In this document: positions 26,945 to 34,919 of the stretch, piece by piece
Layout of the letters: each line of letters opens with the position of its first letter
How positions within the stretch are numbered: position 1 is the first letter of the stretch
Assembly: GCA_016211945.1 (NCBI GenBank)
Contig: JACRHV010000008.1
Coordinates: 1 to 50,247, forward strand
Source of the DNA: Minisyncoccota bacterium
Lineage (GTDB): Bacteria > Patescibacteriota > Microgenomatia > UBA1400 > UBA12028
Direction of reading: 5' to 3'
Length of the DNA stretch: 50,247 bases
Position numbers and translations under genes: made by a program
The notes under the pieces: generated by a model
The model's input: the letters and a program-made list of their open reading frames with translations, nothing else
Told to the model about the DNA's origin: nothing
The model's database searches: none

Positions 26945-28318
26945 ATGAGCTCCAAATTATCATCAGTGTTTATTTGTCAGCAATGTTCGTACCAATCGTC
27001 TAAGTGGATTGGACAGTGTCCGGAGTGCGGTGCGTGGAATACCTTTGAGGAAACGGTTGCGACGGTGTCTGAGAAGAAGCATGGAAAGAGTGGAGGCATT
27101 GGGGTTGCCACGATCCAACCACTTTCTACTGTTACGCATGCACATGAGTTTCGCCGAATCTCAACGGGAATGGAAGAATGCGATCGTGTGTTGGGCGGAG
27201 GAATTGTCCAAGGATCGGTGATGCTTATTGGTGGAGAGCCGGGAATAGGGAAGTCTACACTACTTACTCAAATAGTTATAAATATATTGGATAATCAAGA
27301 AAAAGATTATCGCATAATATATATTTGCGGAGAGGAAAGTCCGGAGCAAATTCTGCTTCGTATTGAGCGAATGAATGGGAAAAAGGGAACAGAGGTTGTG
27401 TGGAAAGAACGACTTCTTTTTTTACCATCGACTGATGTTGACGCGTGTATTTCAGCGATAGAGGCAGAACATCCAAACCTTGTGATTGTTGATAGTATCC
27501 AGAGTATGCAAACCGACGATCTTACCGGAACAGCAGGGTCAATTGGGCAACTTAAAGAGAATACCCAACGACTCGCTCGTGTTGCAAAAGATCGACACAT
27601 CCCCATGTTTCTTGTTGGCCATGTCACAAAAGAAGGGGCGATTGCCGGTCCAAAAGTCCTTGAACATATTGTAGATGCAGTACTTGAATTAAGTGGTGAA
27701 AGAACGGGCTTTTTTAGATTGCTTAGAACCGTAAAGAATCGATTTGGTGCAACAGATGAGGTGGGAGTATTTCAAGTTGTCGAGCAAGGGTTGGCCGAGG
27801 TTTCCAATCCAAGCCTGGTATTTTTGGAAGGATCGACAAAAGACGTTCCAGGCTCCGCGATTGTCCCGGTCATGGAGGGAACGCGAGCGATGCTCGTTGA
27901 GATCCAAGCGCTTGTTGTGGAGTCCCAGCTTGCAATGCCACGGCGCGTCGGTCGAGGAATTTCTTTACCCAGAATACAACTCTTAGCCGCGGTACTTCAA
28001 AAACACTGTGGGTTGCCACTCGGGACAATGGACATTTTTGTCAATGTGGCAGGTGGGTTTATTGTTGACGAACCCGCGGCGGATCTTGCTATCGCGATGG
28101 CCATTGCGTCATCCTGCAAAAATGTGCCGCTTCCAAACGACACGGCATATGCCGGTGAAATCGGTCTTTTGGGAGAAGTACGGAATGTTGGTCTGTTAGA
28201 AAAGCGCGTGAAAGAGGCAAAACGATTGGGATATAGTCGAGTCATTTCGCGGCAAGACGCATATCAAATTGCACGCCTTGTTCGATCATTCCAGAGTGTA
28301 AAAACAAAGAAATCGTAG
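26945..28318 (+). CDS. radA: DNA repair protein RadA
   Basis: N-terminal zinc finger CQQCSYQSSKWIGQCPECGAWNTF, Walker A GGEPGIGKST, VKNRFG motif, Lon-like C-terminal domain. Met13 of the track ORF was chosen as the start. Confidence 0.9.
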   Translation: MSSKLSSVFICQQCSYQSSKWIGQCPECGAWNTFEETVATVSEKKHGKSGGIGVATIQPLSTVTHAHEFRRISTGMEECDRVLGGGIVQGSVMLIGGEPGIGKSTLLTQIVINILDNQEKDYRIIYICGEESPEQILLRIERMNGKKGTEVVWKERLLFLPSTDVDACISAIEAEHPNLVIVDSIQSMQTDDLTGTAGSIGQLKENTQRLARVAKDRHIPMFLVGHVTKEGAIAGPKVLEHIVDAVLELSGERTGFFRLLRTVKNRFGATDEVGVFQVVEQGLAEVSNPSLVFLEGSTKDVPGSAIVPVMEGTRAMLVEIQALVVESQLAMPRRVGRGISLPRIQLLAAVLQKHCGLPLGTMDIFVNVAGGFIVDEPAADLAIAMAIASSCKNVPLPNDTAYAGEIGLLGEVRNVGLLEKRVKEAKRLGYSRVISRQDAYQIARLVRSFQSVKTKKS

Positions 28319-28412
28319 GCATTGTTCAACTGTTATAGAGACGCAACGTCGTTATGGTGTGCATGGGGATATGTCTTGTTACTTGAGTATATATTTAGTG
28401 ATTATTACTCGA

Positions 28413-28442
28413 TTATTCACACCTCTTTATGAATGTGGATAA
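28413..28442. promoter_or_regulatory. pair of convergent DnaA-box-like 9-mers
   Basis: TTATTCACA (28413-28421, 8/9 to TTATCCACA) and TGTGGATAA (28434-28442, a perfect reverse-complement box), 12 nt apart in an AT-rich 600-bp intergenic region. Confidence 0.35.
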
Positions 28443-28521
28443 CTAATTGATGTTACTCGAGAAAATGCAGAAAAAAATACTTCTAGGACATATGAAAAAT
28501 CACTCATATATTATTATAGGT

Positions 28522-28550
28522 TTGACAAGAGGAGAAAATGGAGTTATACT
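28522..28550 (+). promoter_or_regulatory. consensus-like sigma70 promoter TTGACA-N17-TATACT
   Basis: TTGACA at 28522-28527 and TATACT at 28545-28550, about 360 nt upstream of the rho ATG. Confidence 0.6.
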
Positions 28551-28918
28551 TTTCAGGCAAGAAAAAAAGCATCACTACCGCTGGAATGAGCCACGAATAG
28601 CAATGCTTTTTTAAAGATGTTTCCTCAATACCAGGAAACTACTCTTTCTGCACATACAGTAGCAAGCTGTGTGAAGCGTGTCAAGTACATAAATGAATAC
28701 AACACTTCGAATCTTTAGCGCATAGCATCGAGATCTCATGGAGGTTCGGAGGTTGGGCAGGCATCCGAGCTTCCATAAGGTTCCGATGATATGCGTGTTG
28801 ATTTGATACTTGACCAGTTCATAGCAAGCATGACACAATACTGGTCGTAAGAACCTCTCTTACGCGTGTATGTTTTCCAAACAATAATAAATACAGTACA
28901 GGAGTAAAGGTAGGCCCT

Positions 28919-30376
28919 ATGGCAACCACAAAAACAACAAAACCAGCAGAAGAAATTTCTTTAGATGCGCTTATTGGTGCACCCGTGAGTGATATAAAAT
29001 CTCCAGAAAAAGAAGAGTTGGCGAAACCGGTTCCTCCGGTCATTCCAGTTGTTCCGGTTATGCCAGTTGCGCAGCCATCACCAGTGCAGTTTCAACAACA
29101 ATCGTACGATTCGCGCGATACCCGCGGTTCTCGTCCACAGTACAACCCTCGCGGTATGGGAAATATGAACGGTGGTCGTCGCCCTATGCGTGGACCACAA
29201 GATAACAACTCATTTGATATGGGGAACACCAATCAAATGCAGGATGCGGATATGCCAACGGAACCAGTCAATGGAGTGTTAGACACTTCTCCAGATGGTC
29301 ATGGCCTTTTGCGTCCCAAATTTTCTCCTTCACGCAGGGATGTCTATATCAGTTCTTCGCAAATCCGTCGGTTTTGGCTACGGCCAGGCGATGTTGTTGA
29401 GGGTGTTGCGCGTGTTCCAAAAGAAAACGAGCGGTATTGGGGTTTGTTGAAAGTTGAGAGAGTGAATGGAAAACCTGTTGAGGAGGTTGAGCGTCGTGTG
29501 CGTTTTGAGGACCTCACGCCGGTGTATCCAGATAAACGATACACACTTGAAACGGGCAAAGAACCGCTTTCTACTCGATTAATCGATTTAGTTGCGCCTA
29601 TTGGAAAAGGACAGCGCGGCATGATCGTTTCTCCTCCAAAAGCCGGCAAAACGACCGTCATGAAGGAGATCGCAACCGGTATTGCGGCAAACTATCCAGA
29701 CTCCCACCTCATGGCAGTACTCATCGGTGAGCGTCCTGAAGAAGTCACTGATATTCGCAGACATATCGAACAAATTACCGGGGGAAAAGGTGAGGTTGCG
29801 GCGAGTAACTTTGATGAGCCTGCAGACGAACAAACCCGCGTCGCTGAGATTGCACTTGAACGCGCAAAAAGACTTGTTGAGGATGGCAGAGACGTTGTTA
29901 TCTTGCTTGACTCCATCACACGTTTGGCTCGTGCATATAACTTGGCAATTCCAACCTCTGGGCGTACGCTCTCCGGTGGATTTGACCCCGCGGCGTTGTA
30001 CCCGCCAAAAAAGTTCTTTGGTGCGGCGCGAAACTTTGAGGGACACGGCTCGCTCACCATCATTGGAACCGCGCTTGTTGATACAGGATCCCGTATGGAC
30101 GACCTCGTGTATGAGGAGTTCAAGGGAACTGGCAACATGGAGCTCGCGCTTGATCGTGCGCTTGCGGAACGTCGTATCTATCCGTCGATTGATGTACAGC
30201 GCTCTGGAACCCGCCGAGAAGATCTTCTGTTTAGCCAGTCCGACTACCAAAGTGTTATCGTCATGCGTCGCATGGTCGATGTCCTTGGCAAGGAAGAGCG
30301 CACCTCGCTCCTTCTTGAACGGTTGAAGAAAACCAAGTCGAACAAAGAGTTCCTCGCAAGCCTCAAAGAAGGGTAA
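28919..30376 (+). CDS. rho: transcription termination factor Rho with low-complexity N-terminal region
   Basis: OB/CSD-like GVLDTSPDGHGLLRP...VYISSSQIRRFWLRPGD, Walker A GQRGMIVSPPKAGKTT, ALVDTGSRMDDLVYEEFKGTGNMEL. The first roughly 135 aa are P/Q/N/M/G-rich. Confidence 0.92.
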   Translation: MATTKTTKPAEEISLDALIGAPVSDIKSPEKEELAKPVPPVIPVVPVMPVAQPSPVQFQQQSYDSRDTRGSRPQYNPRGMGNMNGGRRPMRGPQDNNSFDMGNTNQMQDADMPTEPVNGVLDTSPDGHGLLRPKFSPSRRDVYISSSQIRRFWLRPGDVVEGVARVPKENERYWGLLKVERVNGKPVEEVERRVRFEDLTPVYPDKRYTLETGKEPLSTRLIDLVAPIGKGQRGMIVSPPKAGKTTVMKEIATGIAANYPDSHLMAVLIGERPEEVTDIRRHIEQITGGKGEVAASNFDEPADEQTRVAEIALERAKRLVEDGRDVVILLDSITRLARAYNLAIPTSGRTLSGGFDPAALYPPKKFFGAARNFEGHGSLTIIGTALVDTGSRMDDLVYEEFKGTGNMELALDRALAERRIYPSIDVQRSGTRREDLLFSQSDYQSVIVMRRMVDVLGKEERTSLLLERLKKTKSNKEFLASLKEG

Positions 30377-30400
30377 GCGCGTGCGTGCGTCATAGAACAT

Positions 30401-31513
30401 ATGAAAGCTCAATCGTTCATTGGTGAGTTGCGTGCGTTCTTCCAGATGTTTCGGAAGTATCTTCGCATGCGATTGTATGCGCATTTTTCTCGATTTGAAT
30501 CGGTCAAGGATGTTGTTGTCGATCTGTTGTACAAAAAACGTGGAAAGTACAGTCGTCCGTTTTTGCACGCGGGAATGATGGGGCTTTTGTTTATCGGAGT
30601 CACATTCGGTCCACTTATTTTGAAACAAGTAGATGCAGGCGAGTCGGCTCCGGATGTTCTCCCCTCAGGTGTTCTTACCTCGATTACCGATTATGGACAA
30701 GGAATGACCACACAACAAGGAAAAGAAGTGGCAGAGTTTCGAGGTGGCGAGGTGATTGAGCACGTGGTGAAGGAAGGCGAGACGGTCTCGTCAATTGCGA
30801 ATCTATATAACTTAGAAGAAACGACGATTCTTTGGCTCAATGGACTCGATGAAAAAAAGCCGATCATCAAGATTGGTCAAACAATAAAAATCCTCCCGAC
30901 CGACGGAGTGTTGCACAAAGTGAAACGCGGCGAAACAATTTACTCGATTGCGAAGAAGTATGGACTTGATGCCGCACAAGCTCAGGGCATCGTGAACTAT
31001 CCATTTAACACTTTTGTGAATGATGAGACATTTGCGTTGGCGGTGGGACAGGATCTCGTTGTTCCAGATGGTGTGATGCCAAAGAACGATCAACTTCCAG
31101 CCTCCGCAATTGCACGAGTACTGACACCAAATGCGGGCGCTGTCTCTGCGACGGGCGCATTTGTTTGGCCAACTTCCGGGGTGATCACCCAACGGTATAA
31201 GTTTTACCACAAGGCAGTAGACATCGCGAATCATAGTGGTGGCAATATCTTGGCGGCAGATGCAGGGAAGATTGTTGTTGCGGGGTGGATTGATAACTCG
31301 GGCTACGGAAACCGCATCATGATCGACCACGGCAACGGGTATGTTACGCTGTACGCACACCTCTCGCTCATTCAAGTGCAGGTGGGGCAGTCGGTGAAAC
31401 GCGGCGATATTATCGGACAGATGGGAAGCACTGGTCGTAGCACAGGAACACATCTCCACTTTGAGGTCCGACGTGGTGGAGTGTTAGATGATCCGCTTGG
31501 ATATTTGAAATAA
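30401..31513 (+). CDS. LysM-domain M23 family metallopeptidase
   Basis: N-terminal TM segment, two LysM repeats (VKEGETVSSIANLYNL, VKRGETIYSIAKKYGL), and the M23 core HKAVDI...GYGNRIMIDHGNGYVTLYAHL...GSTGRSTGTHLHFEV. Confidence 0.88.
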   Translation: MKAQSFIGELRAFFQMFRKYLRMRLYAHFSRFESVKDVVVDLLYKKRGKYSRPFLHAGMMGLLFIGVTFGPLILKQVDAGESAPDVLPSGVLTSITDYGQGMTTQQGKEVAEFRGGEVIEHVVKEGETVSSIANLYNLEETTILWLNGLDEKKPIIKIGQTIKILPTDGVLHKVKRGETIYSIAKKYGLDAAQAQGIVNYPFNTFVNDETFALAVGQDLVVPDGVMPKNDQLPASAIARVLTPNAGAVSATGAFVWPTSGVITQRYKFYHKAVDIANHSGGNILAADAGKIVVAGWIDNSGYGNRIMIDHGNGYVTLYAHLSLIQVQVGQSVKRGDIIGQMGSTGRSTGTHLHFEVRRGGVLDDPLGYLK

Positions 31514-31539
31514 CTAGGGGATAGTATAGGGAGAAAGAT

Positions 31540-32568
31540 ATGATCGATGTTGCACGTGTTACTGTACAAGCGGGGAACGGTGGTTCTGGACGCGTCTCAT
31601 TTCGTCGTATGAAGTTTATGCCCAAAGGTGGCCCAGACGGCGGAGATGGGGGTGATGGTGGATCGGTGTATCTTGTTGGCGACAAAGATATGAACACGCT
31701 CCAGCAGTTCATGGGAAAGCAACACTACGAGGCAACACCAGGGGAGATGGGCGGCGCAAACAATTGCCACGGAAAAAACGGGACTGATATTGAAATAAAA
31801 GTTCCAATGGGGACGGTTGTTTCGGTTGTACAGCAAAAGGAAGATGGTGGGGAGGAGCGCAGAGCTATTTGCGAAATTTTACATCATCAACAACGTGTCC
31901 GTATTGCACAAGGCGGCCGAGGTGGGTTGGGGAATGATCATTTTAAAAGTAGTGTCAATCAAGCTCCTGACTATGCACAACCAGGAATTGGCGGTGAAGC
32001 ATTTTCATTATTGCTCGAACTGAAGTTACTGGCAAACGTTGGGTTCGTTGGTTTTCCAAACGCGGGGAAAAGTTCTTTGTTAGCCTCACTTACCAAAGCA
32101 CGGCCGGAAATTGCAAACTATCCGTTCACCACGCTCTCGCCGAATTTAGGTGTCATGCTTGACGAAACAGAGACGCGTTCGCTCGTTCTTGCTGATATAC
32201 CGGGATTAATCGAAGGTGCTGGACAAGGAAAGGGATTAGGTCACGAATTTTTACGCCACGTAGAGCGATGTAGTGTCATTTTTATGGTGTTATCTCTTGA
32301 TGACGCGGTTTTGTTTGATGATGATATGAAAACAGCAGAGAAAGTGAAGACATTGATCAAAAAAGAGATTATCCTTAAAAAGGAGTTGGGAGAATATCAC
32401 GAAGATTTGTTGAAAAAACCGTGTATTGTTTGTGTGAATAAAATCGATATCTATAATGCTGAGTTGCAAAAAGCAATTGCGAAAAAATTTCCAAAGGCCT
32501 TATTGTGTTCTGCTGCAACACACGAGGGGTTGGATGTGGTGAAGCGGACGCTGTTTGCGATGGTGTAG
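31540..32568 (+). CDS. obg: GTPase Obg/CgtA
   Basis: Obg-fold glycine-rich GGPDGGDGGDGG, G1 GFPNAGKSS, G3 DIPGLIEGA, G4 NKID. Confidence 0.92.
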   Translation: MIDVARVTVQAGNGGSGRVSFRRMKFMPKGGPDGGDGGDGGSVYLVGDKDMNTLQQFMGKQHYEATPGEMGGANNCHGKNGTDIEIKVPMGTVVSVVQQKEDGGEERRAICEILHHQQRVRIAQGGRGGLGNDHFKSSVNQAPDYAQPGIGGEAFSLLLELKLLANVGFVGFPNAGKSSLLASLTKARPEIANYPFTTLSPNLGVMLDETETRSLVLADIPGLIEGAGQGKGLGHEFLRHVERCSVIFMVLSLDDAVLFDDDMKTAEKVKTLIKKEIILKKELGEYHEDLLKKPCIVCVNKIDIYNAELQKAIAKKFPKALLCSAATHEGLDVVKRTLFAMV

Positions 32569-32591
32569 TGGAGACTCTATTTTTCATGCGG

Positions 32592-32597
32592 TATAAT
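32592..32597 (+). promoter_or_regulatory. -10 box TATAAT upstream of the tandem tRNA-Ala genes
   Basis: TATAAT lies 14 nt before the first tRNA. No convincing -35 element. Confidence 0.3.
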
Positions 32598-32611
32598 TAC
32601 GTCTGGTTCGG

Positions 32612-32682
32612 GGGCCCGTGGTGAAGAGGTATCACAAGAACATGGCATGTTTTAATCAGGGGTTCGATTCCCCTCGGGTCCA
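32612..32682 (+). tRNA. tRNA-Ala (anticodon GGC)
   Basis: Cloverleaf: gggcccg/cgggtcc with G3-U70, D arm gtga-agaggta-tcac, anticodon arm agaac-atGGCat-gtttt, T arm agggg-ttcgatt-cccct. 71 nt. Confidence 0.75.
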
Positions 32683-32706
32683 CAGTCCAGACACCTATAC
32701 AGTATA

Positions 32707-32779
32707 GGGCCCGTAGCTCATCTGGTAGAGCGCACGATTCGCATTCGTGAGGTGGTCGGTTCGAGTCCGATCGGGTCCA
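32707..32779 (+). tRNA. tRNA-Ala (anticodon CGC)
   Basis: Cloverleaf: gggcccg/cgggtcc with G3-U70, anticodon arm cacga-ttCGCat-tcgtg, T arm gtcgg-ttcgagt-ccgat. Confidence 0.88.
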
Positions 32780-32788
32780 CAAACGTTC

Positions 32789-32847
32789 GACACTCCTTTT
32801 TTTCGCAAAAAAGCTAATCACATTTTTTTGCTCAAAAAAAGAGTGTC
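32789..32847. terminator. long A/T-tract hairpin (possible bidirectional terminator)
   Basis: gacactc-c-ttttttt-c-gcaaaaaa [loop gctaatcacat] ttttttgc-tc-aaaaaaa-gagtgtc. About 22 bp are paired. Confidence 0.5.
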
Positions 32848-32901
32848 TCACTGAAGGGCAACACATCGTAGTCTTCTTCTTTTTTCCACCACTTCAAAAT
32901 G

Positions 32902-32910
32902 TGCTACAGT
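32902..32910 (+). promoter_or_regulatory. extended -10 box TGcTACAGT, 6 nt upstream of ATG 32917
   Basis: TG at 32902-32903, TACAGT at 32905-32910, aagaat, ATG 32917. Confidence 0.4.
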
Positions 32911-32916
32911 AAGAAT

Positions 32917-33582
32917 ATGCGTGACTCGATTTTTTCTCGTATTATTCGTACCGCGATCCATCGTTTTCCTTCCCTTCGTTCACAACGTGGGCTCACACTC
33001 ACAGAGGTGCTTGTCGTTGCAATTATTCTTGCGATTCTTATCATCGCAAGCATGATTAACGCGCCAAAATTTATTGCGCGAGCAAACGACAGCAGAAGAA
33101 AAAGCGACCTCGAAGCATTCAAGATAGCATTTGAACGGTATTACGATGATTACAAATGCTATCCGGATCCGTCGGTGATGACAACATGCCGGACAACGGT
33201 TCTTTCTACATATCTCCCATACATCATGTGTGATCCAAAACTGGAAATGCCGTACGAGTATGTTCGAGAAAGTTGCAAGTCGTTCAAAATATACACAACA
33301 CTTGAGGATACGAGTGATCCGGACATTGAAAAGATTGGATGCACTGGAGGATGTGGGCCGGACAAAAATGGCGATAGTGTCAGTGATTTTAACTACGGAG
33401 TCAGTAGTGGTGACGTAAATGTTGGTGCACCAGCAAACGCAACATTACCTGGTTTGTGCATACTTGGGAATGGAAGGAAATGTTACGCCGGTGTGTGTTC
33501 AGCATGTTGTCCAGGAGACGCGTATCGGTGCGACATGCAGGGGGTAAACTGTGTTCCAGACACGTTGTGTACAAAGCAATAA
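32917..33582 (+). CDS. type IV pilin-like protein (prepilin N-terminal domain) with Cys-rich C-terminus
   Basis: A long basic leader ends in QRG | LTLTEVLVVAIILAILI, the class III signal peptide with Glu+5. KSDLEAFKIAFERYYDDY is the pilin alpha-1 helix continuation. The mature part has about 13 Cys, 8 of them in the last 60 aa. The track start at 32899 is an alternative. Confidence 0.75.
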   Translation: MRDSIFSRIIRTAIHRFPSLRSQRGLTLTEVLVVAIILAILIIASMINAPKFIARANDSRRKSDLEAFKIAFERYYDDYKCYPDPSVMTTCRTTVLSTYLPYIMCDPKLEMPYEYVRESCKSFKIYTTLEDTSDPDIEKIGCTGGCGPDKNGDSVSDFNYGVSSGDVNVGAPANATLPGLCILGNGRKCYAGVCSACCPGDAYRCDMQGVNCVPDTLCTKQ

Positions 33583-34060
33583 ACTCGCTCAACTCGGTTT
33601 CACCTTGATGGAGCTCATGGTTGTTATGGTGATCATTGGTATTTTAGCCTCTGTTATTGGAGGAAGTTTTGTCCAGTCAAAATTGAAATCGCGGGATGCG
33701 CAACGGAAAAGCGATCTCTCGCAAGTTCAGCGTGCACTTGAAACGTACTACAACGATCACGGCGAGTATCCTTTAGCCTCCAACGATGGGAAAATATTGG
33801 GAACTCCATGGGGAGGTGTGTTTCAGGACACCAATACTACGGTGTATATGAACCAACTTCCGAACGATCCAAAAGAGCCGAATATCCAATTTTTATATGT
33901 CACAAACACCACGAAAACAATGTATCAACTTTTTACTGTGCTTGAAAATGACAAGGACGAGATGATCAATACAAGCATTGTTGGGCATACCTGTGGAACG
34001 ACCACATGCAATTATGGAGTAAGTAGCACAAACACGCGTCCGGAATCGGCAATGAATTAG
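33551..34060 (+). CDS. type IV pilin-like protein
   Basis: LG | FTLMELMVVMVIIGILA followed by KSDLSQVQRALETYYNDHGEYP. Confidence 0.8.
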   Translation: MFQTRCVQSNKLAQLGFTLMELMVVMVIIGILASVIGGSFVQSKLKSRDAQRKSDLSQVQRALETYYNDHGEYPLASNDGKILGTPWGGVFQDTNTTVYMNQLPNDPKEPNIQFLYVTNTTKTMYQLFTVLENDKDEMINTSIVGHTCGTTTCNYGVSSTNTRPESAMN

Positions 34061-34075
34061 TATGGAGAATCTACT

Positions 34076-34564
34076 ATGTGGAAACAGATGAAAAAAGGGT
34101 TTACGTTAATCGAACTTTTAGTGGTGATCAGCATTATTGGGGTGTTGGCGGGTTTGTTGTTTACAAACTTTTCTGGAGCACGGGAAAGAGCGCGTGATAT
34201 TAAAAGAAAGAGTGATCTCCAGCAAGTGAAAAATGCGTTGCGCTTGTATTACAACGACTATCAACAATACCCGGCAGATAATGGTGGGGGGAAGATATCT
34301 GGATGTGGCATAGACGGCACCTCGGTATGCGAGTGGGGAAGTCCATTTACCGCTGGTGCGGGTCAAACGGTGTATCTTAATCAGCTCCCTACGGACCCAC
34401 TTTCTACACAAACGTATTTGTATACAAAAACGAACGACGAAATTTTTCTCCTGCAGGCAAGTTTGGAGAATCTTTCCGATGATTCTGCGGTCAAAAGCCA
34501 GGTAAAATGTGGGATTCCGGAAGTCAACGCGGTACTGAAAGTGTATATAGTGTGTTCAGAGTAA
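34076..34564 (+). CDS. type IV pilin-like protein
   Basis: MWKQMKKG | FTLIELLVVISIIGVLA followed by KSDLQQVKNALRLYYNDYQQYP. GGAGA ribosome binding site. Confidence 0.85.
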   Translation: MWKQMKKGFTLIELLVVISIIGVLAGLLFTNFSGARERARDIKRKSDLQQVKNALRLYYNDYQQYPADNGGGKISGCGIDGTSVCEWGSPFTAGAGQTVYLNQLPTDPLSTQTYLYTKTNDEIFLLQASLENLSDDSAVKSQVKCGIPEVNAVLKVYIVCSE

Positions 34565-34582
34565 TGGAGATGATGGTTGTTT

Positions 34583-34909
34583 TTATGTTCCGAAGATAAT
34601 TTCGTGCTTGTGAACAAGCATGTCGGTTACACCAGATCCACTATATTTTACCGATCGAAAATCTCTATTTTTTAACTGATAGACTGGAACCGCGACAAAA
34701 CCTGCATGTGTTTCTTCAAGGACAAATCCAACATGTTTTGCCTTTACATCTGGGGAAAAATTGGCATTTCTCTCAGAATAATATGGCTCCTCTTTTACCA
34801 TCTCTTTTCCGGCATCAAGAGCAGCTTTTTTCATTCTTTGCGCTGATTCAAAACGCCGAGCAGCCTCACCTCTAGCGGAATTTTGTTGTGTATCAACAGT
34901 GCTCACCAT
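34583..34909 (-). CDS. hypothetical protein
   Basis: 108 aa from ATG 34909 (Met28 of the track ORF), preceded by GAGGAAAA. The start lies 10 nt after the stop of the upstream gene. Confidence 0.45.
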   Translation of the reverse strand: MVSTVDTQQNSARGEAARRFESAQRMKKAALDAGKEMVKEEPYYSERNANFSPDVKAKHVGFVLEETHAGFVAVPVYQLKNRDFRSVKYSGSGVTDMLVHKHEIIFGT

Positions 34910-34919
34910 ATTTTCCTCA

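Noticed and set aside
28551-28918. Known housekeeping ncRNA (tmRNA, RNase P RNA, 6S) in the rho upstream region
   Set aside because: There is no tRNA-like acceptor/T-arm end, no RNase P conserved regions and no extended 6S-type bubble. A long rho leader is the simpler reading.
29588-30628. 346-aa ORF antisense to rho (and 29682..30326 +, 29692..30138 -)
   Set aside because: The rho frame carries unmistakable Walker A, Q-loop and R-loop motifs. The alternative frames are low-complexity Arg/Ser-rich shadows of a strongly conserved gene.
30812-31459. 215-aa ORF antisense to the M23 peptidase gene
   Set aside because: The sense frame has LysM and HxxxD/HxH M23 motifs. The antisense frame has no recognisable features.
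32597-32866. 89-aa minus-strand ORF across the tandem tRNA-Ala genes
   Set aside because: It is fully explained by the two tRNA genes on the plus strand.
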